Source of the DNA: Rotaria socialis
Taxonomy: Eukaryota
NCBI GenBank assembly: GCA_905331295.1
Contig: CAJNYD010000041.1
Location: forward strand, 1-55,286
Direction of reading: 5' to 3'
DNA: 55,286 nucleotides
Shown here: positions 17,749 to 32,676 of the stretch, one piece after another
How the letters are laid out: each line of letters starts with the position of its first letter
How positions within the stretch are numbered: position 1 is the first letter of the stretch
Translations under genes and position numbers: made by a program
Notes under the pieces: generated by a model
Seen by the model: the letters and a program-made list of their open reading frames with translations, nothing else
Databases searched by the model: none
Told to the model about the DNA's origin: nothing

Positions 17749-19537
17749 ATGGCGAAAACATCTAAAGTAGAAGATTATTGGCGACAACATTGCATCGAAA
17801 GTTTATTTAAAGAATTAACGCAAATTCTTGCTCGACGCATGCCGTCTGATCCAGCTGTAGCATTAGTTGAACATATTCAAAAAAAATATCCGAAATCTTT
17901 TAAAATATCAACAGATAATATTGGTATTGTTCCAAAGACGTTAGCAAATAATTTACAATTGAATTCAATAGGTTCGCCAGTTTTTGATATACACAATGAA
18001 AGTGCAATAGATATTCAAACTGAACGTCGTTCATTGACTCAAAGTCAAACGATTGAAAGTATTACGATTCCAACAGCTGGTTCAGCTTTTACAGAGTTAC
18101 TGAAACAAGATGTAAGAATGATTAACTTTAATTTACAGTAAAACTTTCATTGAAAAAAACTTTTTTAGACTGGCATTGCACAACCAGCACCAGAAATGAA
18201 TATAAGAAATCTTGTCTTTGCTAATCGATTAAGTCAACAAGTTGTTCGATTGAGAAAAGATATTCGGTCAGATCGTGATATACTCGAAGAAGAGTTAATT
18301 ACACCGACGAAAATGAAATCCAGCACATTAACAATAGCAACAACAAATGCATCAACGGATTCCGTACACGTAGACCTTCAACGTGCAGAAACACATGACG
18401 AACCATCTGTGCTGCAATTAATTAAATATAAACAACAAATTCGTATTGAAAATGATTGTCGTTTACATCGAGAAAAACTTGCAGAACTAGCCAAATTTCA
18501 ACGTAACAAAGAACAATTCTTTCATTCAGATGCTTCTTTAAAATCAGATGAAAATCAACCATATCAACATCAACCACAACAAGGGTTAAACGAACACGAG
18601 ATTTTATCACAAGTTGTACCCATAGAATCAAGTAGTGATAGATTATCACATAAGCCATTTGTCAAGTCAAGAGAAGAAGAAGAAATATTAAATGATGAGA
18701 ACATATTTCAACCTAGAAAGCAACGGCTTCGAGGACGGCCAAAACACAAATTAACAACTATACTTACGAATACATTACACGCACGTGAACGACATACAAC
18801 AGATTTTCGATCAACATCAAGAAAAGATGATGGAAATTTAGTTTGTAAAGTATGCGGAAATATATTGAATCTACAAGAGGATCAATCGATGATTTATTCT
18901 CAACAACTTTCTAGTAAGTTCATTCATTTTTATAAAAACATAAAACTTAATTTTAATTTCTATTACAGTTACACCAATACCACATGCATTAGAATTACAA
19001 ACATCTGCTCAGTCTATAGAGAAAACAAATGATAATCTTGATGACTGGTTCGAATCAGCATCAGGTGCGCTTAATTTGCGACATTCAACTCCCGTAATAG
19101 AAAACAATATTATATTATCACAAATCGGTTCGGCTACATTTCGGCGAGATCTTTTTCGACCTATTCATGACAATAATCATGATATTGGAGAACATGAATC
19201 AACTGCTAGGCCTTTAATTTTATCGGATGAAGAGGCACACAATAAACGATTCAAAACACCACGCATGTCCGAATCTGGTGTCTTTTCAAGATCACCTGGG
19301 CCAACAAATCGTTCTCCGTTGTTATCACAAGCGATGCAATCACCCTTGGCAATAATACATCAATCAGATACTGGCGATGTTAGTAACCGGCAATCAGCAA
19401 ACATCCTAATGCAAAATGCATCTGCACGATCAACTCCATCATCAACTTTCACAGCAAGAAGGAGTTCAACGAATGATCGAAGAATGTCAGGATGGAGTGT
19501 ATGTGAACATTCACCGGATGATACCGATGAAAATTAA
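17749..19537 (+). CDS. Three-exon protein with an N-terminal RIIa/Dpy-30-type dimerization/docking domain (C8orf34-like)
   Basis: In-phase exons 17749-18111, 18169-18913 and 18969-19537. N-terminus VEDYWRQHCIESLFKELTQILARRMPSDPAVALVEHIQK fits the D/D helix pattern; a CxxC (CKVC) occurs later. Confidence 0.75.
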
Positions 19538-20080
19538 AACCTTTTTCCTTTTCTTCTTTCAATGTTATTTTATTGATATCTTGGAAATTAATTATATAGT
19601 TCAACGCTTAAAATAAAAATCAATCACATGACATTCGAAAATTACTTGTGTAGGTTTCAAGATGTTCTTCATGAAATTCAGCTATAACTTGCGTTATCAG
19701 AATGATCAAGAATGACTACTTAGTTAACAGCGAAGATGAATTATTCAAAATGATGGCTATATATATATATATACTATCCATAGTGAAAGTCAAATGAATT
19801 CATGTTTTTAAAATTAATCTAATCAATACTAAAATAATAATACAATCCAATAGTTTTCCTCGCGTGGTATTCTTTTAAATAAGTAAATAAGATTCTATTT
19901 TATTTTTATTTTTTGCTCTCATTCAAAATATCCGTGAATTATACAAAAACAAAACAATATGCAACAGATTTTAAAAAATCTATCTGTTTAAAGAAAAGAA
20001 AAAGAATTATTTGCATAATACATATACTCTCAAATTCTGTACAATTACAATATGAATTGATAGATAGCTAGAGAATGAAA

Positions 20081-23000
20081 TCAGACTTTTGTTTCTGGTC
20101 CTGTATTTATATGAACGAATGAATCGCGAAGTTTCGTCATCGATCGAGTTAATATTGAACCGTAGACTTTTGAGTACCATTCATGAGAACGTCCCATTAA
20201 ATCAACACGACTCAAATGTGTTACTTTAGATTTTCCACATCCTAAATTATATATTGAAACACAACTAAAAATTATTTTGTCGGTACCATAATATCAAACT
20301 AACCATACGATTGAATTAAATATCGTGAAGCCAAAGTAACTGCACGAACTAAAAATAATAAAATTTTATTCTTTTTTCTTCCGTTCGATATTAAAACAGA
20401 CCAAGCTTAGGTGGACAACGTGCTTTCGGATGTTCAATAGATGTACACACGAGAACACAAGCTTCTCGTTGTTGACTATTTTGTGTCGAAATAAATGATG
20501 TTATGGCGCTTGATGAAACCAATGATGATGAACCAACTGGAAGATTTTTTGATAATATTTTATTTTGATAGCTACCATTAGTATTTAATTGAATATTTGT
20601 TCTCCAACTGCGTACTTCACAAAAATATCGAGATGCTAGAGGCGTCTAAAAGATTTACAAAAAGAAATATTAACTAATTTTAATATTAAAATAAAAATTA
20701 GCTACCATTGAATTGATAGTATATTGATAAACGTGTGTATTACGATTTAATTTTTCGATGATATTTCCGGATTGAAAATCTAAAATAATATACTAGTTGA
20801 ATTTTAATTGAAAAAACAACTGATCTCGAAATCAATAAGACTTATTACGAGTTTTAATAAGAAAACAAAAAGGATTACTATGCAATTTTAGTACTATTTG
20901 AGTCATTCTTTCTTTCTTTCTTTTGTCTATGTAACAAGAAACTCCTCATAAAGATCTTTGTTATAAGCGGAACTGAATATCTCATCTAAGCAATTCGATT
21001 GATGACTTATTTTTGATTGCAGGAGAAAATACTTCGTGCTCAATCATTTCTAAATGTGTCACAGACGTTTTGACACATTTCTTATATTTGTTTTCGTGGA
21101 AACTTTACTGGTTTCTTTCAAGAGCAATCTTTCAACTCATAAATCACTTCTGAATTCAGACTTCATGCAGTAGATCAATCGAAGTGAACTATGGGCATGC
21201 TGAAAAGAGTTCACAATTTAATCTTATTGTTGTGAACATACTGTTCTTACATACGTAATATTAATAAAAGAATGCTATGAGTCTTCCTCTGAAACATCAT
21301 TAAAAAACTGTTGTTCGACTTAAAATTTTGTGTAGAGAGATATTTTAATGAAATAAGTCTATTAAGAGAATCTCGGATCTCTTTTGAATCAGTAATATGA
21401 AAGAAATACTCTTACGCTAGTCATACCTCAAGAGGGAAACAGCGATAAGATCTATGAAGCTTAAAAAATGAACTACTATCGTCAACATGTATTTCTAAAC
21501 AAAAACTTCAAGTCAAAATCACTTTTTCTCATGTGATTGAGAACGAAGACGACATTAATTTAAACAATAGAATAAAAGTGAGAACTACTGTAAAGTTGTT
21601 CATAACTCATTTTGATCTATGTATAGGCATGATCTCAAATTCAAAAGCAATATGCATGTGACAACCATTAAGGCGGCTAGTATACGCTTGAATTCACGTT
21701 GCATTAATTTTGTTTTTAATAAATGATACGCCTGTCATTGTTTTCTCTTTTGCCAATGAGAACGAACTTATGCATAATCTCGTGGTCACTATTCTATATC
21801 AATTCTATATGATACATCTTTACACTGAACGACTATGAGACTCTGTGTTGTTAGAGCATATTACGTTCAAAAAAATACGAAGAGATCAATACGAACCATC
21901 ATCCCATAAGTTTCGCTCATTTAAAAGTCGATTAAGAATTTCAATAGGTGGTGCTTCAATTTCGATTGAGCATTTCCATAAACCAAGTGGATGTCCATCA
22001 TCTAACTTTTTAAATGCTAAGTCTAAATCATTATTTTTTCCAAATGATGTCCATCCTTTTAGTTTTGTATACGACGATTCACGCATTACTTCAATTATAC
22101 AACGATCAATAAAATTCTGGTACGATGTATTCATTTTTGTTTTCGTTAATCTTAAATTACTATTATTATTATTATTATTAACATTTAAAAGTATATTTTC
22201 ACATGATGATAATGATGATGATGATGACAATGAACCAATTGAATCTGATGCGGATATAGTACTTATTTCTTTTGCACGCTGCTGTGCTGTACGTTTATTT
22301 GTTAAATAACGACGAGATTTATTTACAGTTGGACTTGTTATTGCTGTGTCTGTAATACGACGTGATAGTTCTTCGAGTGTACATGGTTCGCCAATTTCAA
22401 TATAAGAAAAATGACATGCTTGATGTAATTCAGCAGGTACAATAAATAATGAACGAACATGATCTATCATAAATGCAAGTATATCCATAGCTTTACGTTG
22501 TTCTTGAATTTCTCTTACATCGGGCATACCGTTCGAAGATAATTTATTATAACTATGAAATGAAAATAATGTTGGAGCAAAGCATGTTGCCAGATTGATT
22601 GCACTCATTTGATTTGTTTTTGAATGTCTTGAAACATCATTTAAAAATGATAAGAGTAAATGCAAAACAAGACGATTTTCATCCGGCAGTAATAGTATAG
22701 CATACTGTAAAGCTAGTAAACGACGTTCATTATTTATTTTCATAAAAGCTTTATCGGCACTGGAAAAATGATTGTTTATATGAAGAAATAATGGAGATAA
22801 TTTGGCTGTAAATACACATTCAGGTAATAAACGAAAATATTGTTTTAATACATCGGATACATCATATGGACTAAAATCATCGAATTGATGATATTCAAGA
22901 TCGGATTCTATTAGATCATGAAGACGTTTTATACGATGAGATACACCACTAAATATAAAAATGATACATTTATTTATGATATTCTTCGAATATATTAGCC

Positions 23001-25187
23001 GAGAGCATTCTAGTCTTACAAAAAAGATTTCACAAGTGAAAAAATCTATACATAATACATACGATTATCATTGAATCATTTAGAGACAAAAAGTTTCAAA
23101 GTATATCAGTACAATACTAAGCAGCTATTTCGACACATGCCTAAGTTTTAGTCATAGGATACTGAGTGCTGCATTGAATAAGATATTACAATAAGCAAAA
23201 TCTCTTTCTACTCAACAGTCAGATCCTATGAAAATCAGCTTCAGGTAAAAATTACTTTTTGAAGATGAAAAAATATTCTTTAAATCTCTCATGTAACAGT
23301 TAATAATACCCTTTATGAAGTCAACTTAGCTACAAAAACAAAACTTCAGTCGTTAACTTTGTTTCACATTTTAAATGTGACCAATTTCAATTCGAAATAT
23401 ATAATAGCATTGTTGTGAATAAGGAATTCTCATATCATTTTTGTTATGATCGGATGATAGCTATGTAATTCTTTCAATTAATAGAAATTCTTAACTTATA
23501 ATTCAAATAAAAATCGACAACGAACTAGCTCTATATTTTTATTCAAACTCATAAAATAATCTCTTGAAAATAATTGGACGTCCTGATGTGATATTTATAT
23601 ATAATTAAAAATTTTTGCAATCATCAGTATAATAAAAAACAATATATGTTATTTATAGCATTGTTTTGTTATTCGATTCTCTTTGAGTTAACCAAAACAT
23701 CATTATATTTTCAAGGTTAAAACATTGATAAGAAGCTAAAATAGTGATACTACTATTTTCCTTTGTTGTTTTTATTCACTTACGGTTTACGAAATATGCC
23801 AACACTATCAATAGATGTACGTCGTAAATATTTCATAGCTGAAATAATTGTAATTGGTACTGGATATCCAGTACGTTGTGTCATGGAAAGATGAGAAACA
23901 CCGAAGACTAATTTCTTTATTTCATGATGAACTTCCTATAGATAAGAAAAAATAGAAGATTTTACACTAATTAAATGAATGGATTACTTAAAATTCATTT
24001 GAACAAACCTTTCGTTGTTGATGTCGTCGAATAATTAATCTTGGTACAACACTAAATGCTGTTGCAAGTAAACATTGCCGTGATGCCATTGTTCTATTAA
24101 CTAATGTAGATTTATTCATTGATAATATTCGTGTTGTATCAAATAATTCTTGTAAACGAATTAAAGCAGCACGACGTAGAGCTAATAATTGTCCGACAGA
24201 CATTTGTCCTAAATGATATTTTGATGAATTAAAACTAGGACGATGCGTTTTTGTAAATGAATGCCACTTAACACGTATTTTACGGCTAGTTGGTAAACGT
24301 GATGATGTATTTGTTATACTACTATTCAATGACGATGATGATGACGACGAAGATAATGTCCGATTAATATTATTAGTCAGTAAAATTGAATCTATGTGTC
24401 GTTCAACACTACTTGTATCAAGACCTGAATCTTTTTGATTTATCGACAACATTTTATCATCATTCGATGATATTGACAATGGCGAGCAATCTTCAACAAC
24501 GAAAGGTTCACTTAAATAGCCAAGTGGAGTTGGAACATTATCGTAGAATGAAACACGTGCACAGTCATATATATGAAAATGACGGCGAGCAAAGAGTGTT
24601 GCTTGATAGGAAGGTGATTTTATTGGAATACGATTATTATCAGTTGAAATAGTTAAAGGAAAATGTTCAAGTTGTTCATCACAGATTGGCGACTGAATAT
24701 GATTTGTTTTATCGATAATCATGACCTTTAGATAGATGAATAGATTTTTATGAATTAGTATTATGAAGGTTAAAAAGAAAACCAGAGTCATCAAACTATT
24801 AGATAACCTCGAAAAGTGAGATGAAAAAGACAAGGAGAAACTAAGTTTCATCCAATATTGACCTTTCTTTTGACAGAACGAAACAAATTACATATGACTT
24901 TAGTATTTAATTCTTACGGGAAGAGATTCATTAATAGTCAATGAACTAGTATTTGACACTATTGATGGTGTTGATATTTTCTGACGTCGACGAGCAATTT
25001 CAACTGGTCGATTTGTTAAAGTTCTTAGTTTAACTTCTTGTGTTTTATTTTCTGGACTACTACAGTCAGCTTCTTTCGATGAATAACCTGATGATTCGTG
25101 ATAGTAATTATGAGATTTTAATGAAGATGGAGGAGCAAGTGGCTCAGCAATCATTAATTCCATTGATGCATCAGCTGTATTGATCAT
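20081..25187 (-). CDS. STARD13: RhoGAP-START protein of the DLC1/STARD13/crossveinless-c family
   Basis: RhoGAP motifs VFGV, GIFRKPG, YDVSDVLKQYFRLLPE, LLLPDENR and NQMSAINLATCFAP; START domain; C-terminal GPETKV*. Exons about 25187-24918, 24725-24009, 23935-23784, 22948-21897, 20779-20706, 20645-20401, 20348-20303, 20242-20081. A strong upstream donor (gtaagt) lies near 26519, so the 5' end is uncertain. Confidence 0.92.
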
Positions 25188-28100
25188 CTGAAATAAATAA
25201 AACAAAAATATTTATTATATAAGACGAATTGTTGCTCTAGGTACTTCGTTTTTTCACTCTCTATAGTAATCATCAACGACAAACTAGTTCAACAAACTTT
25301 TTTTCTTCTCCTACATTGGATCTATGAGGGTGCACGATCACATACGGCACACTTTCTTTTCTCTTTCGACACTTGTGGGTTTGCATGTACATACATACAC
25401 TCAAATATAAAACGAGGTCACTCAAATAGTGCACAAACATTATACATAAGATTATTACAACAATGATGAGAAGATGATTTTCGATTATTTATATATGGAA
25501 ACCGTGAACATCTTATAGTCAGCGATTTTTCTTTCCTCTCTATTTACTAGGCACTATACATGCACGTACATACATAGCTATATATCATTGAGAATAATGA
25601 CACTGAATAAGACACATGTGATCAAGGACAACACTCTTCACAAGTGTACGCATCAAAGCTCACATCGATGAGATCAATTTTCTCTATGTGATAAGATGAG
25701 AACAACGACCACGTAGTAAGAATAAAGAGTCAAACGCTAGGTGAAAAGAAATATAAGTGCTATTTCTTATTGATGTGCTAGACTTCACTCTTGGTCAAAA
25801 CTACAAGAAAAATAATCCATATACATAAATTCAAAGTCATATTAATAAATTAGTTCGACATGCAACTTTTGTCCTTTCTTCAGCTTTTATTATGTAAATA
25901 AAATTACTGAGAATAACAATATAACTGACTAATAGTACATAACGAACAGAAGAAGAAGAAGAAGAAAAAGAATGAAGTAGTATACTTGAAGCAACTCCTA
26001 CAGCTGCTGTTTAACTGGTTCCCGTCAATATGTCTTTCGTGATTATTCGAATGAAAGTATACTTACCTATATTTCTTCGATATATGATTTCTATTATGAT
26101 CTTTACCTGTCTACCTACCTGCCTGTCTACCTGTCCGTCTGTCTGTCTAACAGAAGACAAAAAAAGATTATTAAATGAACAAATGTATGGCGTAATATAC
26201 AATTATTTTTATCGATATGTACACGCATACATCGGTTCATCGATGTCGACAACGACAATGTGACCACGAACGAGGATTATATAAATATATGTATACATAG
26301 GAGAAAAAGGAACGTTTTGAGTGAATCGATCGTACAATGTTGTGCAATCAATACTATTCGAACGTTATGTTAGATGTATATATGGAGAATCAATCACAAC
26401 ATGATATGTACGCATTTTACTCCTCGTATGCATGTCATTCATATTAGCTACTGCATAGTACAAAATGATAGTTGATCGATCGCTTCTAGTCTTTTTTAAA
26501 GAGAATGTATCTTACTTACCTACGGAAGTTTCTTTTTCTATTGTAGATAGGTGTTCTTTTCCTATGAGAGCACAAGTGCGCGTGCTGAATAAAAACAACG
26601 AGTCAATGTAAAAATGAGGAAAAAATATTGTAAAGATAAGAGAAGAGGAGGGTAAAAGGCGTGCTTGAGGTGTAATATAACGATTACAAACGAAGCAGCA
26701 GGATTGCTGATTCGTGCGAAAAGAAGAAAAAAAATGAATGAATGAATGAAGTGGACGACAAAAAGATGTACTGAAAAATAAATAGAAAAATATAGTTTTC
26801 AATAATTAAATAACGGATTATTATTTTTTTTCTATCAAACTGAATAATACATTATTTTTTTATGAAACGGTCCGTAAAGTTCAGTTAAAAGGTGTCGTAA
26901 TACAATACAAACAGAAAAAAGAACTTATTTGTATGATTTCCTAAATCAATGACATAATCGTTCAATTTAAATCTTTAACGTAATAAATAATGCATTTGAT
27001 CAAATAACTAAAGGTTTTTTTTTGTTCGAATAATTGTCAATTTATTGCTCGACTTAATTAGTGTTTATGCACGATGTCATTGGAAAATTATTATTACGTC
27101 TGCTGACGTCAGCAGTCGAACCAATGAATGAATGAATAAACAAATAAATTATTAGATATATCAATGATAAATTAAGAAAAGAAATTCTATATTATTACAG
27201 ATTCATCGTTTAACAAATTAGAATTTAACCAATTGACTACCAGCTAATAGTAAAATCTATTTGTTGTTCATTCTGAAAAGAAATGACATTTCTTTTTTTG
27301 TTTGTATATCAATTAGAATCGAACAGCTGACTGTAATAATTATAGCGTTCATTATCATAAATTAGTATTGCACACAAGGTTGATTCTTCTACTGAAACTT
27401 TCAGGAAATAATCATAATAGGTTTTATTTGCTTACTAATAAAGGTCATTATTGTAATTATTGTTATTAAATAGTTAGTTATTTGCTCGTGATATACATAA
27501 GTACCGTTTTGATGACAACATATCAATCAAAATAGTTATTGAAAGCAAGATTTTTTTCTTATGTTTTTCAAGGTAATATTATAATGTCAAAATCTATATG
27601 AGTGATAACTATTTTCGGGTTGTTTTTCTCTTGCCAATACAACACTAATGATAGTTAATATCGCATTAGAATAATCAAGAACTACGCGAATCTATGATCT
27701 ATTCATATTATAATCAACTTATCATTCGATAACCTTTTATACTACACCATCGGACATTATAATAAATAGATACCATGTCATATACGGCATGTATAATCGA
27801 ATTCATATAAATCATTTTTTATGTTTATAAAATATATATATCATACATAGAAAGATCTAGTATGAATTTTTTCTACCAACAAAGCTATGATATAAGCTCA
27901 ATGTACCCGAAGAAATGAGAAGAAAAATATAGAATTCTCATTAGGTAGAGAGTGGCTACTTCTTTTCAAACCATGACATTAAAAAGAAGAGGAATGAATT
28001 ATTTTCTACCTTTAGGACTCATTAGAAATAAGGTGAACATGCTTTCTATCCATAAAAGTCACGTGCATATAGATTTTCATTTATGTTTTTCATTATTTTC

Positions 28101-28770
28101 ATAAAACATCATTTTTCATCAATTCAATTCGAAATAAATTGAGTTTCTAATTAGTTTTAGTTATTACAGCGTCAGTGGAAAAAATATAATGGAATTCAAT
28201 ATACAAACACCAAATATCAAACAGATCTTAGATTTCGGCTCGGAGCATATTGCTTTCGTACGGTAAATTAATATTAGCATTTATTTTTTACTTAATCAAC
28301 ACTAACAATTCCGATATTCAACTTCGCGTCGAACTTCAAAACTAACTTGATGAACATCTTTCTTATGATTTAGGATAAACAGCATATCTAATTCTAATTT
28401 TTGTCTTAGCCAGCAAAACAAATGCAGGTTATGATGCTGACAAAACGCTTTTTAGAGGTTACATTCAAACAATGTTGAGCGAGTTATACTGCAAGAACTT
28501 TTATCTTGTGTAGTAATTTTTTATATATGGTAAAAATGTATTATGAGTAGCGTACTACGTGATCAAAAATCTCAATCGCGCAGTACACTAATTATGAGAA
28601 AACTATTTCATTTGTTATTATTATATAAACTGGCTTCTCTAGTTTTTTTCTCTCTCAATAATATGCATTTTCAATTGTGATATGTGTATCATTCTAAAAG
28701 ATAAACTCCAAGAGGTTTGACGTTTACGTTGACCCTTCAGTATTTTAATATTTTGCTGTAATTGATTTAA

Positions 28771-28778
28771 GGGGGCGT

Positions 28779-28823
<45 letters not shown>

Positions 28824-28831
28824 GGGGGGGT

Positions 28832-28926
<95 letters not shown>

Positions 28927-28937
28927 NCCCCCCCCCC
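28771..28937. other. Poly-G run with an N and a short poly-C; probable sequencing or assembly artefact at a contig joint
   Basis: About 150 near-pure G ending at an N in an otherwise very AT-rich sequence. Confidence 0.75.
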
Positions 28938-29282
28938 TCAGAAATCGTTTTTTTGTTATTCGTGGATTGATTTGGCTGAAATTTTGAAGCAATGTGTGTG
29001 TTGTATTAACTCAATTTTTTGTAAAATTTCTATAATATGTGATAATTATAAGCTTTTACGTCCACTCAAATTATTAATTCTAGTGCATATATTTAATATT
29101 TTGAATAGAAATCGACAGAAAATATTAGAGAATATAGAAAAATGTCTTCGTATTCACTGGAGTAATCTATTGCCTTAATTTATAAGCTAATTGCAACAAG
29201 CGTTCATCATCACGTTCTGAATCGTCAGGAATCCGTTACGAACGTAGAACGAATGTATTGGCTTTCTGCTCTCCTTCACGAA

Positions 29283-29592
29283 CCCCGGTCGAAGAAAACG
29301 ATCAGTAAACGGTCGTATACGATACAAATACGGCCCGTTTTACGTGCCGTATTTTCCTCGTATAACATGGGCAGTAATACGGCCGTATGTTCTATAGAAT
29401 ACGATAATATTACGCCGGCTTTACGAGGTTTTACGACTGATATACGGTGTCCGTGTATGGCCGTAATACTACCCCTGTTAAAACGCCTTAATTCGGCTTA
29501 AAACGGCCGTTTTACGACGGAATACGATGCAAACACGACCGTTTACGGTAATGTTACGCCGGTTTACGGTGGTCCGTTTTGATCGACCTGGG
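29283..29592. mobile_element. CCC...GGG miniature inverted-repeat element (CMC/CACTA-type)
   Basis: Termini ccccggtcga ... tcgacctggg; interior made of ACGG/CCGT/TACG motifs; TSD imperfect (aa/ga). Confidence 0.7.
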
Positions 29593-29645
29593 GAGGATTC
29601 ATATCATTCAATAGGTCAACAAAATTCATCTTTAGTTAATATACA

Positions 29646-30960
29646 ATGTCGAAATCTAATGCAATACCTGCATTAAGTGAAACAGTATCTAATGCAGTAG
29701 CAGCAGATGATGATCAAGTCTATATACCACGAACTAAACGACCACACAAAGAAGTATGATCATTTCACATTTCAAGTCAGAAAAGAGTTGTTTGTATTTA
29801 AAAATTTTAGGATCTATTCATTGATAAGGCATCATTGGAACATCAATCTGTAGCATGGTATGCTTTTAAAGAAACTATCAATGATCTAGTTAAACAAATC
29901 CATACATCAAATGTGAAAATAATTATTCGTCAACTACTTCAAAATAGTATCATTCGTTTTCGGGGTATACTCGCTAATAGTATTATTAGAGCACAAATAA
30001 ATTCGCCAAATAATACAAACATTTATGCTGCATTTGTTTTGTGTTATTAATATTACATTTCCACAAATAGGTTTGCTAATATGTAAACGTCTAGTTCATT
30101 CATATCGCGAGTATTTTGTCTCAGATGCACGAAAGAAAGCATTTTTGACGAGTAAATTTATTGCTCATCTTATTAGTCAGAACATAGTATGTACTTTTCG
30201 AATAAATGCAACAACCTATTCTTGTTTTTGTGATAGCGTCGGGTTAGCTATTTACTTTTTACACGAATGTGGCAAAAAATTATTGCAAGTGAATCGACAC
30301 GACTTGGATGTTCACCCAGGACAATGATTCCTGGAGCAGTATTCCGTGAATTTCCGGCGAAAATCTGCAAGAAACTCGCTTTTCCCGACCTGAGCCCGCC
30401 GGAAATTGTCCGGAATTCGATACAGGAATCCTGAAACCGTATCCGGTTACCAGTTTTGACAGATTCCTGTCGACTCCTGCCGGAACCGGATAAATCCTGT
30501 CACCGGATCCTTTCATCGGAATACTGCTTCCATGAAATCTCCAGAATACCACAGAACCAGCCGTTTCCGGGACCGGAATGTTCGACCTGGGTAATTGAAA
30601 AAATTAAATGATTTACTCGGTGGATCATTAATAAAAGAAAGCACCAAAAATACGATTGAAAATACATCTGCTGAACGCAACAAACAATTAAAATCATATG
30701 TAGTAATTGAACCTAGTTTACAATTAGTTTACGAAAAGAATCAACACACACATATTATAGAGTATTTCCGCGTCTGTGAACCGGAAATAGCTCTCGGTGA
30801 AGTCAAAATTCAGTTTAATCAAATATTCTAATTCAATTTTTTTATAGATGAATTCCATTTCGACGAATACTACGAAGCGAATGAAGAAAACTATACATTA
30901 TTAAGAAAAATCAAATTTAATGATACTGTTCTTTCACAGCATCTACTCGAATCATCACAA
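29646..30960 (+). pseudogene. CWC22: CWC22-like splicing factor paralogue, copy A (MIF4G domain; disrupted and 3'-truncated)
   Basis: VYIP, HQSVAWYAFKETINDLV, IIRFRGILANSII, FPQIGLLICKRL, KFIAHLISQ and FLHECGKKL match the CWC22 MIF4G domain. Frameshift near 30040, a deletion near 30228 removing an acceptor, and a MITE insertion at 30315. The MA3 half is absent. Confidence 0.85.
30315..30591. mobile_element. CCCAGG...CCTGGG miniature element inserted in a CWC22-like copy A exon
   Basis: The empty site is visible in copy B (ttggatgttca|atttaaaaaatt). Flanks ca/ta; interior rich in CCGG/TTCC. Confidence 0.85.
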
Positions 30961-31483
30961 CAGCAGAACCAACAAGTTGATAACTATACAGCAGACCTGG
31001 ACTTGTCCAGTAGCGGTTCCTCAGTTGGTGAAAAAGAAAACTGATATTTCTCATATAAATAAAAAAATAATTAAGCCTTTGAATCTCTGTAGAAATAATT
31101 ATCAACGTACATATATGTATCAGATAGAGTGAAACCAAAGAAAATATCATAGACGTCCATACATTTTCTTTTAACTATATCCATAATTGTTCTGAATGAT
31201 TTCTATAGAGAAGGGTACATAAATTTATGAATTTTTCATTTGACGGAGGACAATTAAAATTTCCACCGGTATTCTAGTACCTTTAATGTTTCGGCTTTCC
31301 CATGCCAACGAAACCGCAAAAAAACCGGCGGTTAACCGGTGGTATTTTCCGCGTTCGTGCTATATTGGAATCAGGTGCTTTTTTCAGTTCTGATTGCATT
31401 CAAAAGGATATGTAAGTATCATTTTATAAATTTATTGAACTAATATTATATTTTAAAAAATACAAAAAAGTGGCAAGCAGTAC

Positions 31484-31743
31484 CCCAGGAGGATCATCCT
31501 GCCGTCTGAAAGGCCATCGGAAACGGCCTGAAACGGCTATAAAACGACATGAAACGGCATTAATTTTCACCCTGTTTCGTCGTAATCCGTCAGCTCGTTT
31601 TACGGGCCGTTTTTATTTGCTAGAAAACGGCCATCGCTTTTAACACTATTCTCTTCGTTTTCCGAGCTGACGGGAAACGGCGCCGTTTTTTTAACGTTTT
31701 ACATCGTTTTTATGCCGTTTCAGGCCGTTTTCTTTCACCTGGG
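31484..31743. mobile_element. CCCAGG...CCTGGG miniature element
   Basis: Termini as stated; flanks ac/at; AAACGGC/GCCGTTT subterminal repeats in inverted orientation. Confidence 0.75.
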
Positions 31744-32015
31744 ATCGCATATATTCAAAAACAACGAATTTCACACAATACAGAAAAAAACAAAAAGAAA
31801 ATAGTTCTGGTATGACCTAAAATGAATAGAAAGATTAAAATCAAAAACAAATCTTGTTTGCCTTTACCTGTACAATAAATTTCTGTGAGTGATAAATAAA
31901 TATTTATATCTAAAAGAAGAAAAAAAAATTAAATTAAATTATTCCTTAGATTTAATCTATAAATATAAAAAATAAATAAATATATAATCTACACTATTGA
32001 ATTTTAATAATACAA

Positions 32016-32291
32016 CCCATGTCAAAAATCAGACACAGATCTTGTAAGATCAGATTGAATCATACGAAAAATCATGAAGCCGGATCATCGTATCAATTCG
32101 TACTGTAAGATTTCTGTAAGATCTTACCAAAATCTTATGATATTATAGGATCTTACAGAAATCTTACAATACGAATTGATACGATGATCTGACTTTATGA
32201 TTTTTCGTATGATTTCATCTGATCTTACAAGACCATATAAGATCAGAGATACGATCATAGAAGATCTTACTGTCTGATTGTTTGACCTGGG
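32016..32291. mobile_element. CCCATG...CCTGGG palindromic miniature element
   Basis: TIR cccatgtcaaaaatcagac / gtctgattgtttgacctggg; TSD aa/aa; internal GATCTTA/TAAGATC repeats and a long inverted core. Confidence 0.85.
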
Positions 32292-32676
32292 AAGTTGTAT
32301 TATACAACTTAGCGTTTAAAATACCTTGCAAGGTAGAATTTCGATGGAACAAAAATACTTTCTTTTTTAAATTATGAATATGCCCTTAATTCTAATGAAA
32401 ACACATGTATAATACCTAGGAACATAAAAATAAATAAAACTACGATAATATACAGTTAATATAAAATAAAATTTATTTTTTACTTATAAATAACTACAGA
32501 TTTAAATCTACGAAAACATAAAATTTTCTAATATCTTGAAAAAAAATATTGGATAAAAATAATCATCTCTAATTAGTACAAAAAAATAAAATAATACATT
32601 GTTCTTCAGGTGCGAAAGAACACATATTCTGTCCTAAAGGAACATAATTTTTTCTCCTATTTAGAAAAATAAAATT

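Noticed and set aside
22761..22817. Apparent small intron in the RhoGAP domain
   Set aside because: The frame reads through (LPECVFTAKLSPLFLHI) and matches the family, so it is exonic.
28639..29178. Poly-Pro and poly-Gly ORFs; possible G-quadruplex element
   Set aside because: Both are translations of a homopolymer run containing an N, most likely an artefact.
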